In this document: positions 36,775 through 51,201 of the stretch, in pieces
Numbering within the stretch: the stretch's first letter is position 1
How the letters are laid out: each line of letters opens with the position of its first letter
Assembly (NCBI GenBank): GCA_025201805.1
Contig: MU619285.1
Location: 93,942 to 157,941, forward strand
Origin: Parasitella parasitica NRRL 2501
Lineage: Eukaryota > Fungi > Mucoromycota
DNA: 64,000 nucleotides
Direction: 5' to 3'
Notes under the pieces: model-generated
What the model saw: the letters and a program-made list of their open reading frames with translations, nothing else
Database searches by the model: none
Told to the model about the DNA's origin: nothing
Position numbers and translations under genes: made by a program

Positions 36775-39700
36775 ATGGATGATATCAAAAAACTTTTGGA
36801 TAAAACAGATCTTTTATCGCTAAAAGATACAAGGTTAACTATCATATCTTTATATGGCGTATCAGAAGCCAGGAAGCCATCAAACACTGTAGCTTTAGCA
36901 AACACGATAGTAGGAGCAAATGTTTTCACTTGTAGAAATGAAGTAAGCCTTTACGTATTTGATCGATACGAAAAAACAGACAGCTAATTCAGTCTTGTAG
37001 CCTGCTAGAAAGCCTGCGATTGAGGTTTGAACATTTTTTATTGATGATTACACTTTAAAAACTAATAATCAGTGCACAATAGCTGACAGAAGGAATTCAA
37101 TATTATTTGGATAAAAACTCAAAGACGATATACTTGTTTGCTGACTCCAACATGAATGCAGCAAGTCTGTCTGCAGAGAAGCCATTTTCAGCTAGTATGA
37201 TGGACCATCAATCAGCAACGACCAAAGCGCTACTTTTCATGCTGATTGTATCTCATCTCGTCATCGTAAGAACTCAAGCCAGACCAATATGCATCGACTA
37301 AACAAAAAATTATCCACATAATAGCCCATTCTACCGCCTTCATTCCTGCCCGCCGATTTTCTATCAACCTTGGTCGCACTAGCACAGATAAAATCCAATA
37401 TGCACACTCATTTAGCACAATATCAGTCGTCATGCTGGAAGCATTGGGACGTTGCAGTGCCCAATGCATTGTTCGAAAAGAAAGACAACGAAAGGATGAA
37501 CCCGGCACTTTTGGGCTGGTGGGGGCCAGCAAAAGGCGTCCCTATACTTGTGTTTGTGATTGCCAATGTCAGCTTTTCAGAGATCGTCCCTGCCACCATC
37601 AAGAAAATGCAAGATTCACTCCAGATCAAGCTAAAGACCATATTCAGGGCGCTACATTTGATGCCATTAAAAGCCGAAGGAAACTCATCGCATCCACCTG
37701 TAGAAGTTCGATCACTGTTTGTATTACCCTCGAGTGCTCAACCTGTCATTCATATCGTCCCATCGCCGATCACCAAGGATTTGGTCACAGATTTTTCCTT
37801 TGATGAACCCGTCTCTTTATCGTCTTATATGATGTTTAAAGAACCGTCTTCAGCAAACCTGCATCTCGACTATAGCGGCAGACTGTTGAAAAACTATGTC
37901 AATATTTGGACAAAGTCGGCAATTGGAAGACATCCTTTACATAACAACTTTAATAGTCGAAAATCAGACACTCCAAAAGTTGTTCCGTTGCCTACAGGCA
38001 TACAATTTATCTCTGCTGTGGTACCTCTAATGTCTTTCATCTTTAACCAGCCCATTACTGAAGATGGAGTCGAGTTCAAAAAAGTGATATCAGCACAGTT
38101 CCCTAGCACAAAAGGCATGATTCAACAGATAGAGGTGATTCTGAGGAAAAAGATCAGAGACAACATCGAGATCGAACGAGTGTTTTCAAAAAGGTGAGAC
38201 TAGTGCATTAGTACTCTACGGTATTTTATTGTTTTATAACCTGGTTGCTATGATAGCCACTCTATGGATGTGATGCAGAAATGCCACGAAGCATACATGC
38301 AGGATTCGCCGCCGTTTTACACAGAACAATACCATAGTTGGAAGGTAACAACCGAAACACTAACGATAAGCCCTGCTAAATGCTGATACTAGAAAAACAA
38401 TGTCATGAGAATGTATCGCTCTCTTGCACAAGGTCCCTGCATGGAAGAATACGCCATAAAATTAGAGCGTGAATGCGACAATGTTTGGAAAGGTGGTAGG
38501 CAAAGCTGCGAGCACATTAGCCTAACGGGTAAAGCATGTCGGTTGAAGATGGGTCATGAGAAAGAGGTCATTTCACCCAAGCAATTGCGCGACGAAAGAG
38601 CTGTGATTGTAAATCCAGTCAAACACAACAGTGGGTACAACTTTTTCCATGCGTGCGATTGCGGGAGGACGCAAGGTGTTCGCGAGGACCCGTTCGACAT
38701 TCAAGAAGCAAATATCAAGTTTTACAACAAGTTTAGCTGCTGTCTGAGCGCAGGAAGAGTTGCTTTGGATATAAAAAAGTCGACTTTTGGAGAAGATCAA
38801 GATTTGGTTTTAAACTCTGACGAGATACCAGCCCATGATGCTGCTTTGCTCTGCCTTGGACCAGCAAATCTGTATAAAAACAATGTAGGATTGGACAAGG
38901 CAGAAGGTTTTATGAGCAATACCAACTTCCTCATACCTTGGTCCATCACAACAACGAACGAGCTAAAATCAAGACAACAAGAAGCAGCAAACGAAGCAGC
39001 AACTACAGCAATGAATGATTCAGCTTCTTCGTCACCATCTAACAACAATAATTTAACAGTTACGCGTGAGTCAGAATGGCCTGTATTGGGTAAAGCAGCT
39101 AGTGTGCAAAAGACAAACACGCAGTTTATTGCCCCTGTCGTAGCATCTCTGGAAGCATTTCCTGCATTGGGATCAAATCCACCGCCTGCAGCCGTTTCTA
39201 CTAGTATCATGACAGTGTCAACAGCAGCAGCGGCAGCACCTGCCCGACAATTATTTGACGCCAGACGTAAGAGACATCATCGTTCGCGTGATAGAATTCA
39301 GGGCTTGATCCGTGGTTACGTGGGCGCCGAATATGAATGTCCTCACGGGCATAGATTTCTTAGCTGCGGAGAAGGGCGTGTCTGTAAACTGGGTCATGCA
39401 GGACATCCAAAGGATCACGGCAACTATTTTGTGCATCAAGATCTGCCTGTCTATGTGATATGCCCTTGCACATATGCTAATAGTGCTAATGGCAGTGCAA
39501 ATACGAGCAGCGCAAATGGCAGCGTTAGTGCTTCTAATGGCACTCACAGCAAGGAAGTCATTGCTCAATTACAACGTCTATACATTGTCACCCCCGAAGA
39601 AGCCATCACCATATCGATTGAACCGAGAATTAAGGTATATGCAAATTTATCTGTGGGCTTGCTTGTAATCTGACGAATCTGCTGTTGCTAGATCAATATT

Positions 39701-39928
39701 CCAGGAACTGACGAAAATGTCGTTTTGAATCTTGACATGGAGAGTTGCTTATCATTTGGTCCTGGTGGTCTCTATGTGCTTCGGCTGCCGTTTATATACA
39801 CCAACAGTAGCGGGTCGCCGATTCCTGTTGAGACAGATGTGCAAAAGCGATTGAAAGGCACCACCTTACTGAAGGATTGCATCAAATTCCATTACAAGGA
39901 AACGGACAGTTGGATTTTGCCAGCGTAA
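36775..39928 (+). CDS. SMG8: Nonsense-mediated decay factor SMG8 homolog (multi-exon)
   Basis: 'WKGGRQSCEHISLTGKAC', 'HNSG…ACDCGRTQGVREDPFDIQEAN..FY', 'YVGAEYECPHGHRF', 'AQLQRLYIVTP' and 'YVLRLPFIY' are SMG8 signature blocks. Confidence 0.85.
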
Positions 39929-40126
39929 AAAAAAACAAATTGAAAGCATTATTACGCCTTTATTTGTGTACAAGGGAAAGAGTCGTAGAGCCTATGGGTA
40001 GACTGTCAGAAAAAGCTTTGTATGGCCATCATGCGTAATGACGGTTCGCGGAGTATTAGTTGTTCATTCGCAAAAATGTTTCCCTTTTCTTTTTCTTTCA
40101 TAAAGCTATCTTCTTTTAATACACAT

Positions 40127-41299
40127 ATGCAGACTAATATCCATATCGATCGAATAGTTGAGATATTGGGAGATCCCGCAGCCACTGAGCCAACAAGCGA
40201 GTGTATTCCAATGGACGATAAATCCATGCTCATGATTAGCATTTTCTTGTGTGTTGGTCTTGTTGTATCTTACCTCCCTCAGGTAAGCAATCCTCAAAGT
40301 GAGGCTGCCAAAATACTCGTTTAACCGTTATGAGATAGCACTACAGGATTATTGCCAACAAGACAAGCGAAGGATTCAGTGCCTGGTTTCTGTTGCTGGG
40401 AGTTGTTTCGTCGACTTCAAGTTTTTTGAACATCATCCTGTTACAATGGAACTCGATTGTTTGCTGTAGATCACTGGTAAGCGAGGATGTACATTTGCAA
40501 ACTCAGGGCTTCAACAAGTTTTAACGACTTGCAGTCTACAGGAGCTTGCATTGAAGGGCTAATGGGAGTTGTCCAGATTGGCCTGCAATGGGCAATGTTC
40601 AGTTTGGTGTAAGTTTCGTCGTATCAAATTCATGCAGCTTTTCTTCCATTGCTTATCCATGTTTTTGTCAGGTTCGTATTATTTCTGCTTTATTTTCCTG
40701 AAAACAAGAAACGTGAAATCCACCCTCCTACATCGCTACATTTGGATCTACCCAACAAGCTGCAAACTCCTCTTTCGGCAGAATGGAAGGTTTCCTTGCT
40801 AGTTGCTGCTACTTGTATAGGACATCTTGCCATCTCCTTTTTTATCTCCATTTTATTATTGATTATCGTGGGCGGCCCCGAGCATTGGCAAACAAATTAC
40901 TGGGCTGCCTTTTTAGGTGTGCTAAGTATGATACTAGCCTCACTGCAATATCTGCCACAAATCTACAAGACTTGGAAGACCAAGGTAGGTACAGTCTGCA
41001 ACACTTTGAATCGTATGTTAAGCACGCAGTAGATGGTGGGTGCCCTGAGTATACCGATGATGATGTTACAAACCCCAGGAACCGTGTTGTTTGTCTACTC
41101 GCTGGTTGTCCGTCCTGGTACAAACTGGACAGCATGGCTTACATATATGGTCACAGGTATTTTGCAAGGAACATTGCTTATTATGTGCATAATATGGCAC
41201 TTTAGAAACAAAAGATTGGGTATTCGTGATATCGACACTACGGTTGTCAATCAAAATGACAACGAGGAGCCAAGTGAAAACACTCGTTTATTGAATTAG
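40127..41299 (+). CDS. PQ-loop repeat membrane transporter (multi-exon)
   Basis: Two PQ motifs ('SYLPQ|HYRII..KTSEGFS' and 'QYLPQIYKTWKTK|MVGALSIPM') and seven predicted TM segments. Confidence 0.9.
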
Positions 41300-44200
41300 C
41301 TTTTAATTGATAAACACTTTATACAAACACTCTCCAGCAAATAAAGATTGGCCTGAACACCAAACGTAATACATGTCTTTTATGAGAATTTTCGACTGTT
41401 TTCTTAGGACAATGTCACCATCGCTAACTTGAGCATATTATAGGATTCTGATTCCAGGATATCTTTATCATTAACACTGATTAATGTTTCGTGCAGCTAT
41501 TTATGATTAGCTCCCTTGAAACTATATCAAGAGTAAATTAGCGCAAATAATAACAACTACAGGATAGCTTAGAGTTCACAAGGGTTTTAGATGATAAGAA
41601 TGCATCTTAACCTCTCCTTGACAGTTTCTGAGCCTAGAAAGGCCATAATATCCGCCGTAAAATGTAGATTTTGATTCGATTTCAGCCTGATCATTTCATC
41701 TAGAACTTGCTCTCTTTATTGTCGCATAACAATGAATCCAGGCACAGTTTTATATGCTAAATCTTATTTTACTATAAAACTGCTTGTATTTCGCCAAAGC
41801 AAATTTGAATCTGGCAAATACTGAATAATAATAAGCGAAATAAATAATTTGCTTATTGTCACGGTTGGAACGCCACCATCGCATAACTATTGAAAGGGAT
41901 TTAGAGACAATGTGTTGAGAAAGACAGGGTATCCAGAGGAGCAAACCTCCCTCATAAAGATAAAAGCTTTGATGGAGTATTTAATTATTTGGGTTTTAAA
42001 GAAAATGCCAAAATACAAGCTGTTAGCAATAAGTATTGTAAGTGAATGCACAAGCAAACTGGAGGAGATTTCTCTTTTCCCAAAGTTGCTAGCCACCACC
42101 AAATATCACACATTATTATTACAGAATACATAATAGAAAGGTGTACAGAAAAGGCAGCCTGTCAATATTTTTATAAGTACTGAATAGAACGAATAATAGC
42201 AGAAAAGGTGGTTTATCATGACAAAAAACAAATAGGTATGCTGAAGAGTAAGCAATTTTTTTTTTTTTCATTGCTTAATACTTCAGTCAAAAATAACTTC
42301 ATTTAGATAGGCTTTAATGAGTATGCGTCGCCCAGTGGAAATAAAATAAGTATCAGATAGCTCTGATCATCGCAGTATCAACAAGTATATAATATGACAC
42401 TGTTTCTTCTTTTTGCGTAGCTTGAGACGTGTATGTGAATCCTATTTATGAAACCGAATGATGTTTGCAGTCAACCATCTATTTCTCGACCATGTAGTGG
42501 GAATAAAGTCTAAAACAGATGAGCCTGATAATATGACAAGAGTGTCTGATCTTATGTAGACGGTGTCTTCAGGTAGAAGTTGAGAACCAGAAACTACCGT
42601 TTATTTACATCGCTTTAGCAAAGTTAAGGTTAAAGACTACATAATCAGAAGAATAATCATCTTCCACACCGGTCGCCATCATCAAACGTTGTTTAGTGAA
42701 CAAGTCCACTGAAAACTTTAACTGTCTCAATCTTTGTAACAAAGATATTTTGGGTATATTATAATAAAGTAGAATCCATTTTTGATACAAGATGTTTGTG
42801 AAGGATGCATTGATGTTACGAGCGGACCAGGGAACAATGTTTGATTTTAACAGCTAAGCATTAAAGCAGCTTAAACTTTTGAGCGTGACACAAACATGAA
42901 CTGCAAAGAAGCTAGCACTTACGGAATAAATCAGTGTATCTGTTGACGGATAAATGTTAAAAATTGTTCAGTCTCTTGAGAAACAGATGCTATAAACTTT
43001 ATTTGCTTTTTTGGATGAATGATGAAGAAGAGTATACTTCTCCAGTTATTTAATCGAATTTGAAATTTTGTGGCAACTCATGTAGATTAGTTTATCCCAA
43101 ATATCTTGTATCGCTTCATTCCTTTTGTTAAAAATCTTCGTTTTCTCGATCCACTGTCACTAATTGCTGTAAACCGTATTGGGAACTTCTAGTTCTTACA
43201 ATCTTGTCTGCAACATATATGAGGACTCTGCTTAGCTGATATGATATCATAGTTTAAATTCGTAAAATCAGAAACTATCTGCTCGGTAAACAGCGTGCGG
43301 TTTTATGTATGCTAATTAAGAGATTGTGACCAATGAAATGAAAAACACCCTTTTTTTTTTTAGTTGAAATCAAAAGAAGAATTAGCCAAAAGATTTATAC
43401 ATATTTGGTTTTTTTTCTGGTCATTATATGGTATATTAAGCCAAACAGTATGATTTGAGAAGCCAACACATACCGAAAAATCAAAAAGTTACCAAGCTGG
43501 GGGGAAAGCCGGACATTTATATAACGATCACATATGTTCATAATTTAGAAACAAGGTAACTTGACAGCTCGCACGTAAAAGCGGTACATAGCACACTGGA
43601 CAAATCTTCTTACTAATCTATTCTACGATATAAGCTGAATAGTGCGTAGAAACAAAAGAATTTTGTGCACACGATATAGTTAGGTACAATACTCGGGTTC
43701 CAAAATTTGTCAAATCAAATCCACTGGAAATCATATGTATGTACCTTGATTTTTCGTTGTGTGTTTCCACACAACGTCATTTTCTACCATGTACATAATA
43801 CAGTTGTACAGATAGAAACGATGGATGTATAAAATTACTTTCATCGCCAGTCTACGTCAAAGTGAAGAAAAGAAGGCAAGTTTCAACTGCAATTTTTGGG
43901 TGAAAGACAAAAGTCTGGAGGCAGATGGATCGTTGAGTTTAATTGCTGAAATTAGTTAAGATCTAGCTTCATTTCTACAACGGTGGTATTACTGGATTTA
44001 TATTTATACAGAACACCACAATATAGAATATGATAAGAATGCTTTTTTAAAGGTTACAAATGACGTATAGTACATATTATTGTACACATGTACCCATAAA
44101 TTCTGTACGGTGGATGCAGAAGGGCAGCATAAAGCTCAGCCAAACCTTGTTAGCCGCCAACAGCCGCTTCGACCCTGGATACATGAACAATCGATCTTTC

Positions 44201-44608
44201 ATGCAGAAATGAGGAGGTGTGTGCGTTAGAAAAATATGATTAGGTACCTATATTTTATCAAACTAATTATTCTACGGTCCATCAGACTTTCAAGCATTAA
44301 AAAACGCCCAAAATTGTTTGGAAACACAGAAACAAGGATAATCTATCTCGTTTTTATTTACTCTATGAAAATCGACAAAAAAAAGAACCTAACCAATTTA
44401 TTGTAATGCTTTTTAGAAGGTGATACAATATTCCATAAACGAAAAGGGGTTGTGTGAATTTGGTACCTTGCTGCTCATGTCAATCTTTGCAGTGTTAATT
44501 GATCCAGGAATACTTGTATATAAAGCAGCCCATTTTTCCACTTGGCTTTTTTTTTCTTTTCCTTATATCCAAGATACAATGAGAATATTATACAGTAGCC
44601 ATTCTAAA

Positions 44609-47600
44609 ATGGCTATCAAATCAACAAGCGTACGGCTGTTGATCTTTTGTTTCATAAAAAATATACTGGCATCGCCTGTATTTCACACTGGTAAGGATTA
44701 TTTCTGGCTGCTTTTACATGCGGAGGTTGACAAAATAAGCGTTTGTTTTGCAGTTAATGACTTTGATGCGAATGGCAATCAATGTAAATTACCAACCTAT
44801 AATGCTTACCCCTGTCCCCAGCTCTGTGTCCGTGACATTTCCCTGTGCCCACCAAATAATAGACCTCCAACCTGTCCTGAAGGAACAATATATTGTGTCA
44901 ACGGTGAATGTCGTCAAAACTGCGACCCTTCACTTGTTTCTGCCTGCGCGTGTCCTGGCGCCCCTGCTTTGGTTGGCAATGTTTACTCGTGCGGCAAGAA
45001 CAACCTACGCACAAATATTGAAAACTTTGACGCAACAAAAAAAGTGAACCAAAGTGCTATTGCATGTGCTCAAGCTGCCAATCTCGATAGTATACCTGTC
45101 TGGTCGCCTAATCCTGAATCGGCCATGTGGAGAGAATGTCCTGCTCCTGACTATGGTCAATTGACATTCACTGAACCTGTTTATATCGCATTGTATGCCT
45201 TTTATGGATCTTGCTTGCTAACTTTGGTAGCTTGGATTTTATACAAAAAATCCAAAGAAAAGGTGAATATAAAACATATGTACCATATGCTCTGTATATT
45301 GATTTATAATTGTATCTAAATAGCTGACCAAGGCCACTTTTAACAAAGTTAAAGAGCTTCGCTCCGAAGAGTATCATGACAAAGAAAAGAGTAACATAAC
45401 CAAAACTGAGACGGGGGGCTCCAGCAATAATTCCTCAGACGATGGTCTTTCTTCGTTTGAGGAAGGGGACGATATGGTGATTCACGCTTACAAGCGAGAT
45501 TGGTTCGGTAACTTTATTATGGTTGTTTTCTTGCTTCAAACTGTTGGTCAGGTGGCCTACATGATTATGATGGTAGAAGACTACTATACCGTCTATATGA
45601 AGTTTCGTGGATTTGGTGAGATTCAAGCTAGTACCTTTATGGGTATGTGGTACATCTTCTTCTTTTGGTTTGCTGGCTTGACCATCTTCCGGTTCAGACT
45701 GCCCAATTTTTTCAGAGTTCGTTGCTCGTATAGTCAGGGCCAGTATGTTCAAATCGAGCGCAAGGAACCTGCGCTCATTTTCCTCGAAGATCAGTCCGAC
45801 AAGCTCATGGACTTTGTCAGGTACCTAGAGTTTACTGCTAAACGTATTGCTGGACTGGATGTTGTAGTCACCAATGCTCCACTCAAGTTTACATCGAGCG
45901 GAACCAAATACTTTATCTACCAATGCACTCGTTATGTGTATCATCCTGAAACTGAGCTGTTCTCTCCTCATCAATTCCACCTAGGAGACACCAATGCTGA
46001 ACTTGCTGCCATCACACAGGGCCTTACTACTGAGGAAGCTCGCCAGAGAGAAGAACTGATTGGCCCCAATTTCATCGAAGTCTATGTTCCCAACTTTGTG
46101 GTTGCCATGTTCCAGGAGTTTTCCTCCTTTTTCTACATCTACCAATTTACTATTCTCTGGTTGTTCTACTACTTTGCTTACTGGGAGGTGGGAATTGCGG
46201 ATACTCTTGTCATTTTTTTGTCAGCACTAGTCAAGGTGGTCGTTCGTCTTCGATCTGAAAAACGCATTAAATCAATGGCTGAATTCACTGACCAAGTTCA
46301 AATTTTGCGCGACGGTCAATGGCAGAGTAAATCAACTGCTGATCTCTTACCTGGAGACGTGTTTGAAGTGGCTGAGGGTAAGACTACACCCTGTGATGGT
46401 GTCATTCTAACGGGCAACATTGTTGCCGATGAAAGCTCTCTTACTGGCGAGCCCTTGCCTATTCGCAAATTCCCTCTCAAAAATGACGATACAACAACTT
46501 ACGACCGCGTTGGAAGCAGCAAGATTTCCACCATCTTTTCAGGTACAACTATCTCGCAAGCGCAGCGTACTGAAAAGGGTGGTAAGGTTACAGCTTTGGT
46601 CACACATACTGGCACAGCTACTGACAAAGGTGAACTTATCAAGAAGATTCTGTTTCCAACTCATGTCTCTTTTATCTTTAATGAGCATATCAAGATTGTT
46701 ATTTTGATCCTGCTTGTTTACAGTGTCATCTGCCTTGCCTTGGCCATCTGGATGTACGCCACAGGAACGAGTAAAGTATAGTAAACGGAATTTGTGATGA
46801 TGTATAACTCATGATTGAAATAGGTGCTTGGTTTTATGCCATGTTTGTTATTTCGCAGCTGATTTCTCCCTTGCTCCCCGCTGCTCTAGTTGTAGGACAG
46901 TCGGTTGCCGCTGGTCGCTTACGAAAAAAGAATATCTTTTGCGTTGATTTGCCTCGTATTTTGATGGCAGGGAAAAGTAAGTTTCTTAACCAAGCACAAA
47001 GCATGCAAACAGTCTAACGGACGCTAATCTACTAGTTCAACTTTTCTGCTTTGATAAAACTGGCACACTGACTAAAGAAGGACTTGAGTTCTACGGTGCT
47101 CAACCTGTGGTGGATTCCAACAACATTGTTGAGAATAGAAAGAATAACGCTGTTTCTGAATTCGATAAACACGAGGAAAAGATAGATGACATTCCTTATC
47201 TGATGCAAATTGGCCTTGCCACATGCCATGCTGTCACTACCTTGAATGGCCAATTTATTGGTAACCCTGTTGATATCGAAATGTTCAAATCTTCGAAATG
47301 GCAACTGAGCGATCACTCTGACTATGTTGATTCGCTGACTCCTTCCAACAATGCCAACGCTGCTGTTCATGTATTAAAACGCTACGAATTCGTCCATGCT
47401 CGTATGTCCATGTCTGTGGCTGTTCTTGATTCTACCACCAACAAGATTCACATCTTTGTCAAGGGCGCCTATGAAAAGATCAAGGACTTGTCCAATTCCG
47501 ATTCTGTTCCTGCCGACTATGACCGAGTCACTGCAAATCAAGCTAGACAAGGTTGCTATGTGCTTGCACTTTCTCACCGTGAGATTGACTTGGAGCAAAT

Positions 47601-49128
47601 CCCTGGGGGTCTGGAAGCTTTTAATCACTGGACTCGAGATCAAATGGAAGAAAATATTGACTTTTTGGGCTTAATCATCTTTAAGAATCAATTGAAGCCT
47701 GACACTGCTGAAAACATTGCCGAGCTGAAGCGCGGTGACACTAGAACCATCATGATTACTGGCGATACTGCCTTGACCGGTGTCTACATTGCTCGACAAT
47801 GTGGTCTGGCTATGAACGGTAATCCTCGTGTGCTTTTAGGAGACTACAATCACCGTCTAGGTCGTGTAGTTTGGTCTGACGTGGACGAACCTGATGTTTT
47901 CCCAGATGTCAATGTTGACGAGTATTTGTTGAACAAGGACCATACCCCCATCGAATTGGCTGTCACTGGTAAGGCTTTCCAATGGTTGGTTGACCGTGAT
48001 TTGATCCGCAAGTACCTGCTGGATATACGTGTATTTGCTCGCATGACTCCAAATGGTAAAGTGCAGTGTGTACAGCTTCACATGGAACGAGGTATTACCG
48101 CAATGACTGGTGACGGAGGTAATGACTGTGGTGCTCTTCGTGCTGCTCATGTTGGTATTGCCATGTCTGAAGCCGAGGCGTCTATTGTTTCTCCTTTCAG
48201 CACCAGCAATCGAAGTGTTCGCTCCTGTGTTGAACTGATTCGTCAAGGCCGTGGTGCACTGGCTACTTCCATCAACGGCTATAAATATTTGATATGTAAG
48301 TTTGAGCAGGTTTTCTTTGTAGCCTTCTTACTAATTGTATGTGTTATATTTGCAGTGTATGGACAGGTCATGGCTATGCTAAAGATCTTCAACTTTTATT
48401 TTTCAGTTTCAGTTTCCAACTATGTCTGGATTGCTGTTGATGTCCTGATTACTGTTTTATTGACCTGGGCCGTTTCTCAGTCCCGTGCTGCTACTCGCTT
48501 AGAAGGTCAACGCCCTACTGCTAGACTATTAGGTCCCCAGACACTTGCATCTGGCATGGGTCTTGTTGCGATTAACTGGATTTTCTTGATCGGTGCATTT
48601 GTCATGCTATTCAAGCAACCTTGGTTTCTCTGTAATGAGTTTGATTCTTCTGCAGTCGACATGTCCAAATGGTACCTGTTAGCTGATAACTATGAAGGTG
48701 AGGTATTGGCTCTAGTGTGTCTCTTCCAATTCATCAACAATGCTGCTGTATTCAATTTTGGATACAAGTTCCGTAAAGCCTTTTACCGCAACTATACTCT
48801 GGTATTTCTTTGGCTGTTGTACATTGCTATAGTCTCCCACTGGACATTGGCCGATCCCAATCGGTTTGGTTGTCTTTTCAGATTTAACTGTGGCACAAAA
48901 GAAGTTTTGGAACAAGTTGGCTATGCCCCTTCGGCTACCTATGTTGAGTCTTACAATACGCCTTTGGGACACAATGTCATGCCTGTTGAATTTCGTTGGA
49001 AATTGTGGGGTCTCTGTATTGGTAATATGGCTGCTGCTTTGATTTATGAAAGACTAGTTGTCTTGGGTCCAGTACATGCCTTCCTTGCAAGGAAGTTCCC
49101 TGTGGATCGACTGAAAAAGACTTTGTAG
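44609..49128 (+). CDS. P5-type (ATP13A/P5B-like) P-type ATPase with N-terminal signal peptide and Cys-rich extracellular domain (multi-exon; alternative start 44579)
   Basis: 'DESSLTGE', phosphorylation motif 'FDKTGTLT' (47050-47073), 'KGAYE', 'MITGD', 'FARMTP..K', 'GDGGNDCGALRAAHVGI' and 'EASIVSPF'. Confidence 0.92.
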
Positions 49129-49780
49129 TCTAAACTATGACACAATTGTTATTCATTTTAATTATTCTTATTTCTCTTATCTTCAAAATATGTATATATT
49201 TGTATTTTTGTAATTTTTTTTCCTACAATAAACTATACTTCTAGTGTTAATACTTTATTAAAGATATTTATGCAAAATGTAAGATATTGATCTTATTCCC
49301 GTGGCAAATGTTAGAAGGTTATAATTGGTATTGATCTATTAGAATTTACATTGGATTCTTTCGATTCAACAAAAATGCATCTTACTGATCGATTGCTTCG
49401 TTTATTGACTTGGCTATGTGCATATTCTTATTCCCTTAGCCACCTTCTCCCTTTGTTGAGACTGTGGCGCTCAAGTAAGACACCTCCATATATGGAATTT
49501 TCTTTGTTTATTCACATATGCAAACTGATCTCATGCTCCAAAATAGAAATTCGTTCCACATTGAGCCAAAAAATGGGAGCCTGTATGCTAATGATCACCT
49601 TTGGCAATGTAGTAGAATTTTTTTTTTTTTTTACATTAAAATTAGAATACGAAGGCTTTCTCTTTTATGCAAATTTATTATGTTAAAGCCAAAAGCATAT
49701 TTTCAAGGTCTAAGCACAAACTTATATAAATAGAGGATGAATCTTTTTTTTATTACAAATTGTACGTATAACAAATAAAA

Positions 49781-49990
49781 ATGGCCATTCAATGGGTTTA
49801 CGCCAATGGTTCGGAATGGGTTCCTTTTGATTCGGAGACTCAGGCTGTTATTGAGACACTTTGGTCCAAGAACTCTTCTGGTTGGATCCAATGTCAGTCA
49901 TTCAAGAATTCTGCAGTATACGTGGATGTGCCTCAAATGGCCCTCATCTGTAATGGCTACTCGTATACTATTGCTAGACGAACAAGTTGA
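49781..49990 (+). CDS. Stand-alone WWE-domain-like small protein (69 aa)
   Basis: 'QWVY…WVPFDSETQAVIE…VYVD..M…IARR' follows the W-W-E pattern. A-rich start context and an upstream TATA-like sequence at 49722. Confidence 0.65.
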   Translation: MAIQWVYANGSEWVPFDSETQAVIETLWSKNSSGWIQCQSFKNSAVYVDVPQMALICNGYSYTIARRTS

Positions 49991-51201
49991 TTTCATATGA
50001 TTTATCTAACTATTGTTTTATCAAAAACACATATTATCCACTTAAATATGCGCTATGTTATTACATTTCATACCTATTTATATCAGATGATGTATTCTGC
50101 AATGGCCAAAACATGTACGCAATAACAGAAAGTCAAACTAAATATCCAGATTACGATGACATGGGTAACACTAACACCAAACAGTATCTACATTTACCCA
50201 TTTCTTTAATGTAACAATTTGTACAGTCTACACTTTCATAATATATCTATGTATTTCCTCTTACATATGCCAAAAACAATTATCTATGCTCAAAATTTCG
50301 TATTACTGTCAGTTCTATCACTTCTAACAATTTACACAGTTTAAACAAATTTAAATGTGTTTTACCTATCAATATCCAGTATTCCAATTATATAAAGATG
50401 CCAATATAAATGCATTCAATAAAACGTATGATATTTTCCACAAGACTTTTTTAATCCATCATATTATATTATAAACTGACACAATGGGGAGTTGTAAAAA
50501 AAAAATCTCTAATATCTGTTTGTATTTTCAAGCTTTAAATGCTCTCTGCTTTGTCGTGGTAAAAGCCTAGCACAAGTTAAATGCGATATCTGGCCTCTGA
50601 AAAATCATATAAAAATTTTATCAAAAGACAGCCATATTATAACGATCTATCACATAGTTGCGTTTATCAAAAACTCTTGAAGATTAATTAGGAAAAGAAA
50701 TCGTTTATTACATTCAAAACTGAGAGTGTATATACTTTCTACAAGCTGAAGGAAGTGATTTGAGGTTAAAGGTTCAGTGATGAGACCTTGAAAGATCGGG
50801 TATCTATATTTATGTCATGCCATGTCCAGTATCATATTAATAATATAATATTTCATGGTATGAATTTATAATATATTGACATTCGGTTTTAAAATTGATG
50901 CACCAGAAGGTAAACAACTAATCTTGCAGATAAACATTAACGTGGTGCACCACTTGCTTATTTCACTAAACAAGTCTGATCATTATTTCTTTGAAAAAAA
51001 GTATTGACAGAAGTCAATCATAAAAGCCATTTTGTCTGATAATTGTGAATGTCTTTTGATATAACCTTTAAAGGAGATTTATAAAATATAAAGAGTATAC
51101 TTTTAAAGTAATAGGCAAAGATGTAAATTCTTTATGTTTATTGATATCAAATTGCACACTTTTTTAACCAAACAGAATATGCTTAATCATCACCACTGTT
51201 T

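Noticed and set aside
41300-44400. Short ORFs in the long intergenic region, possibly decayed gene remnants
   Set aside because: No recognisable motifs, TIRs or consistent reading frame.
44691-48355. In-frame stopless introns (44691-44753, 48296-48355) as regulated intron retention
   Set aside because: Expected by chance among short introns, and there is no transcript evidence.
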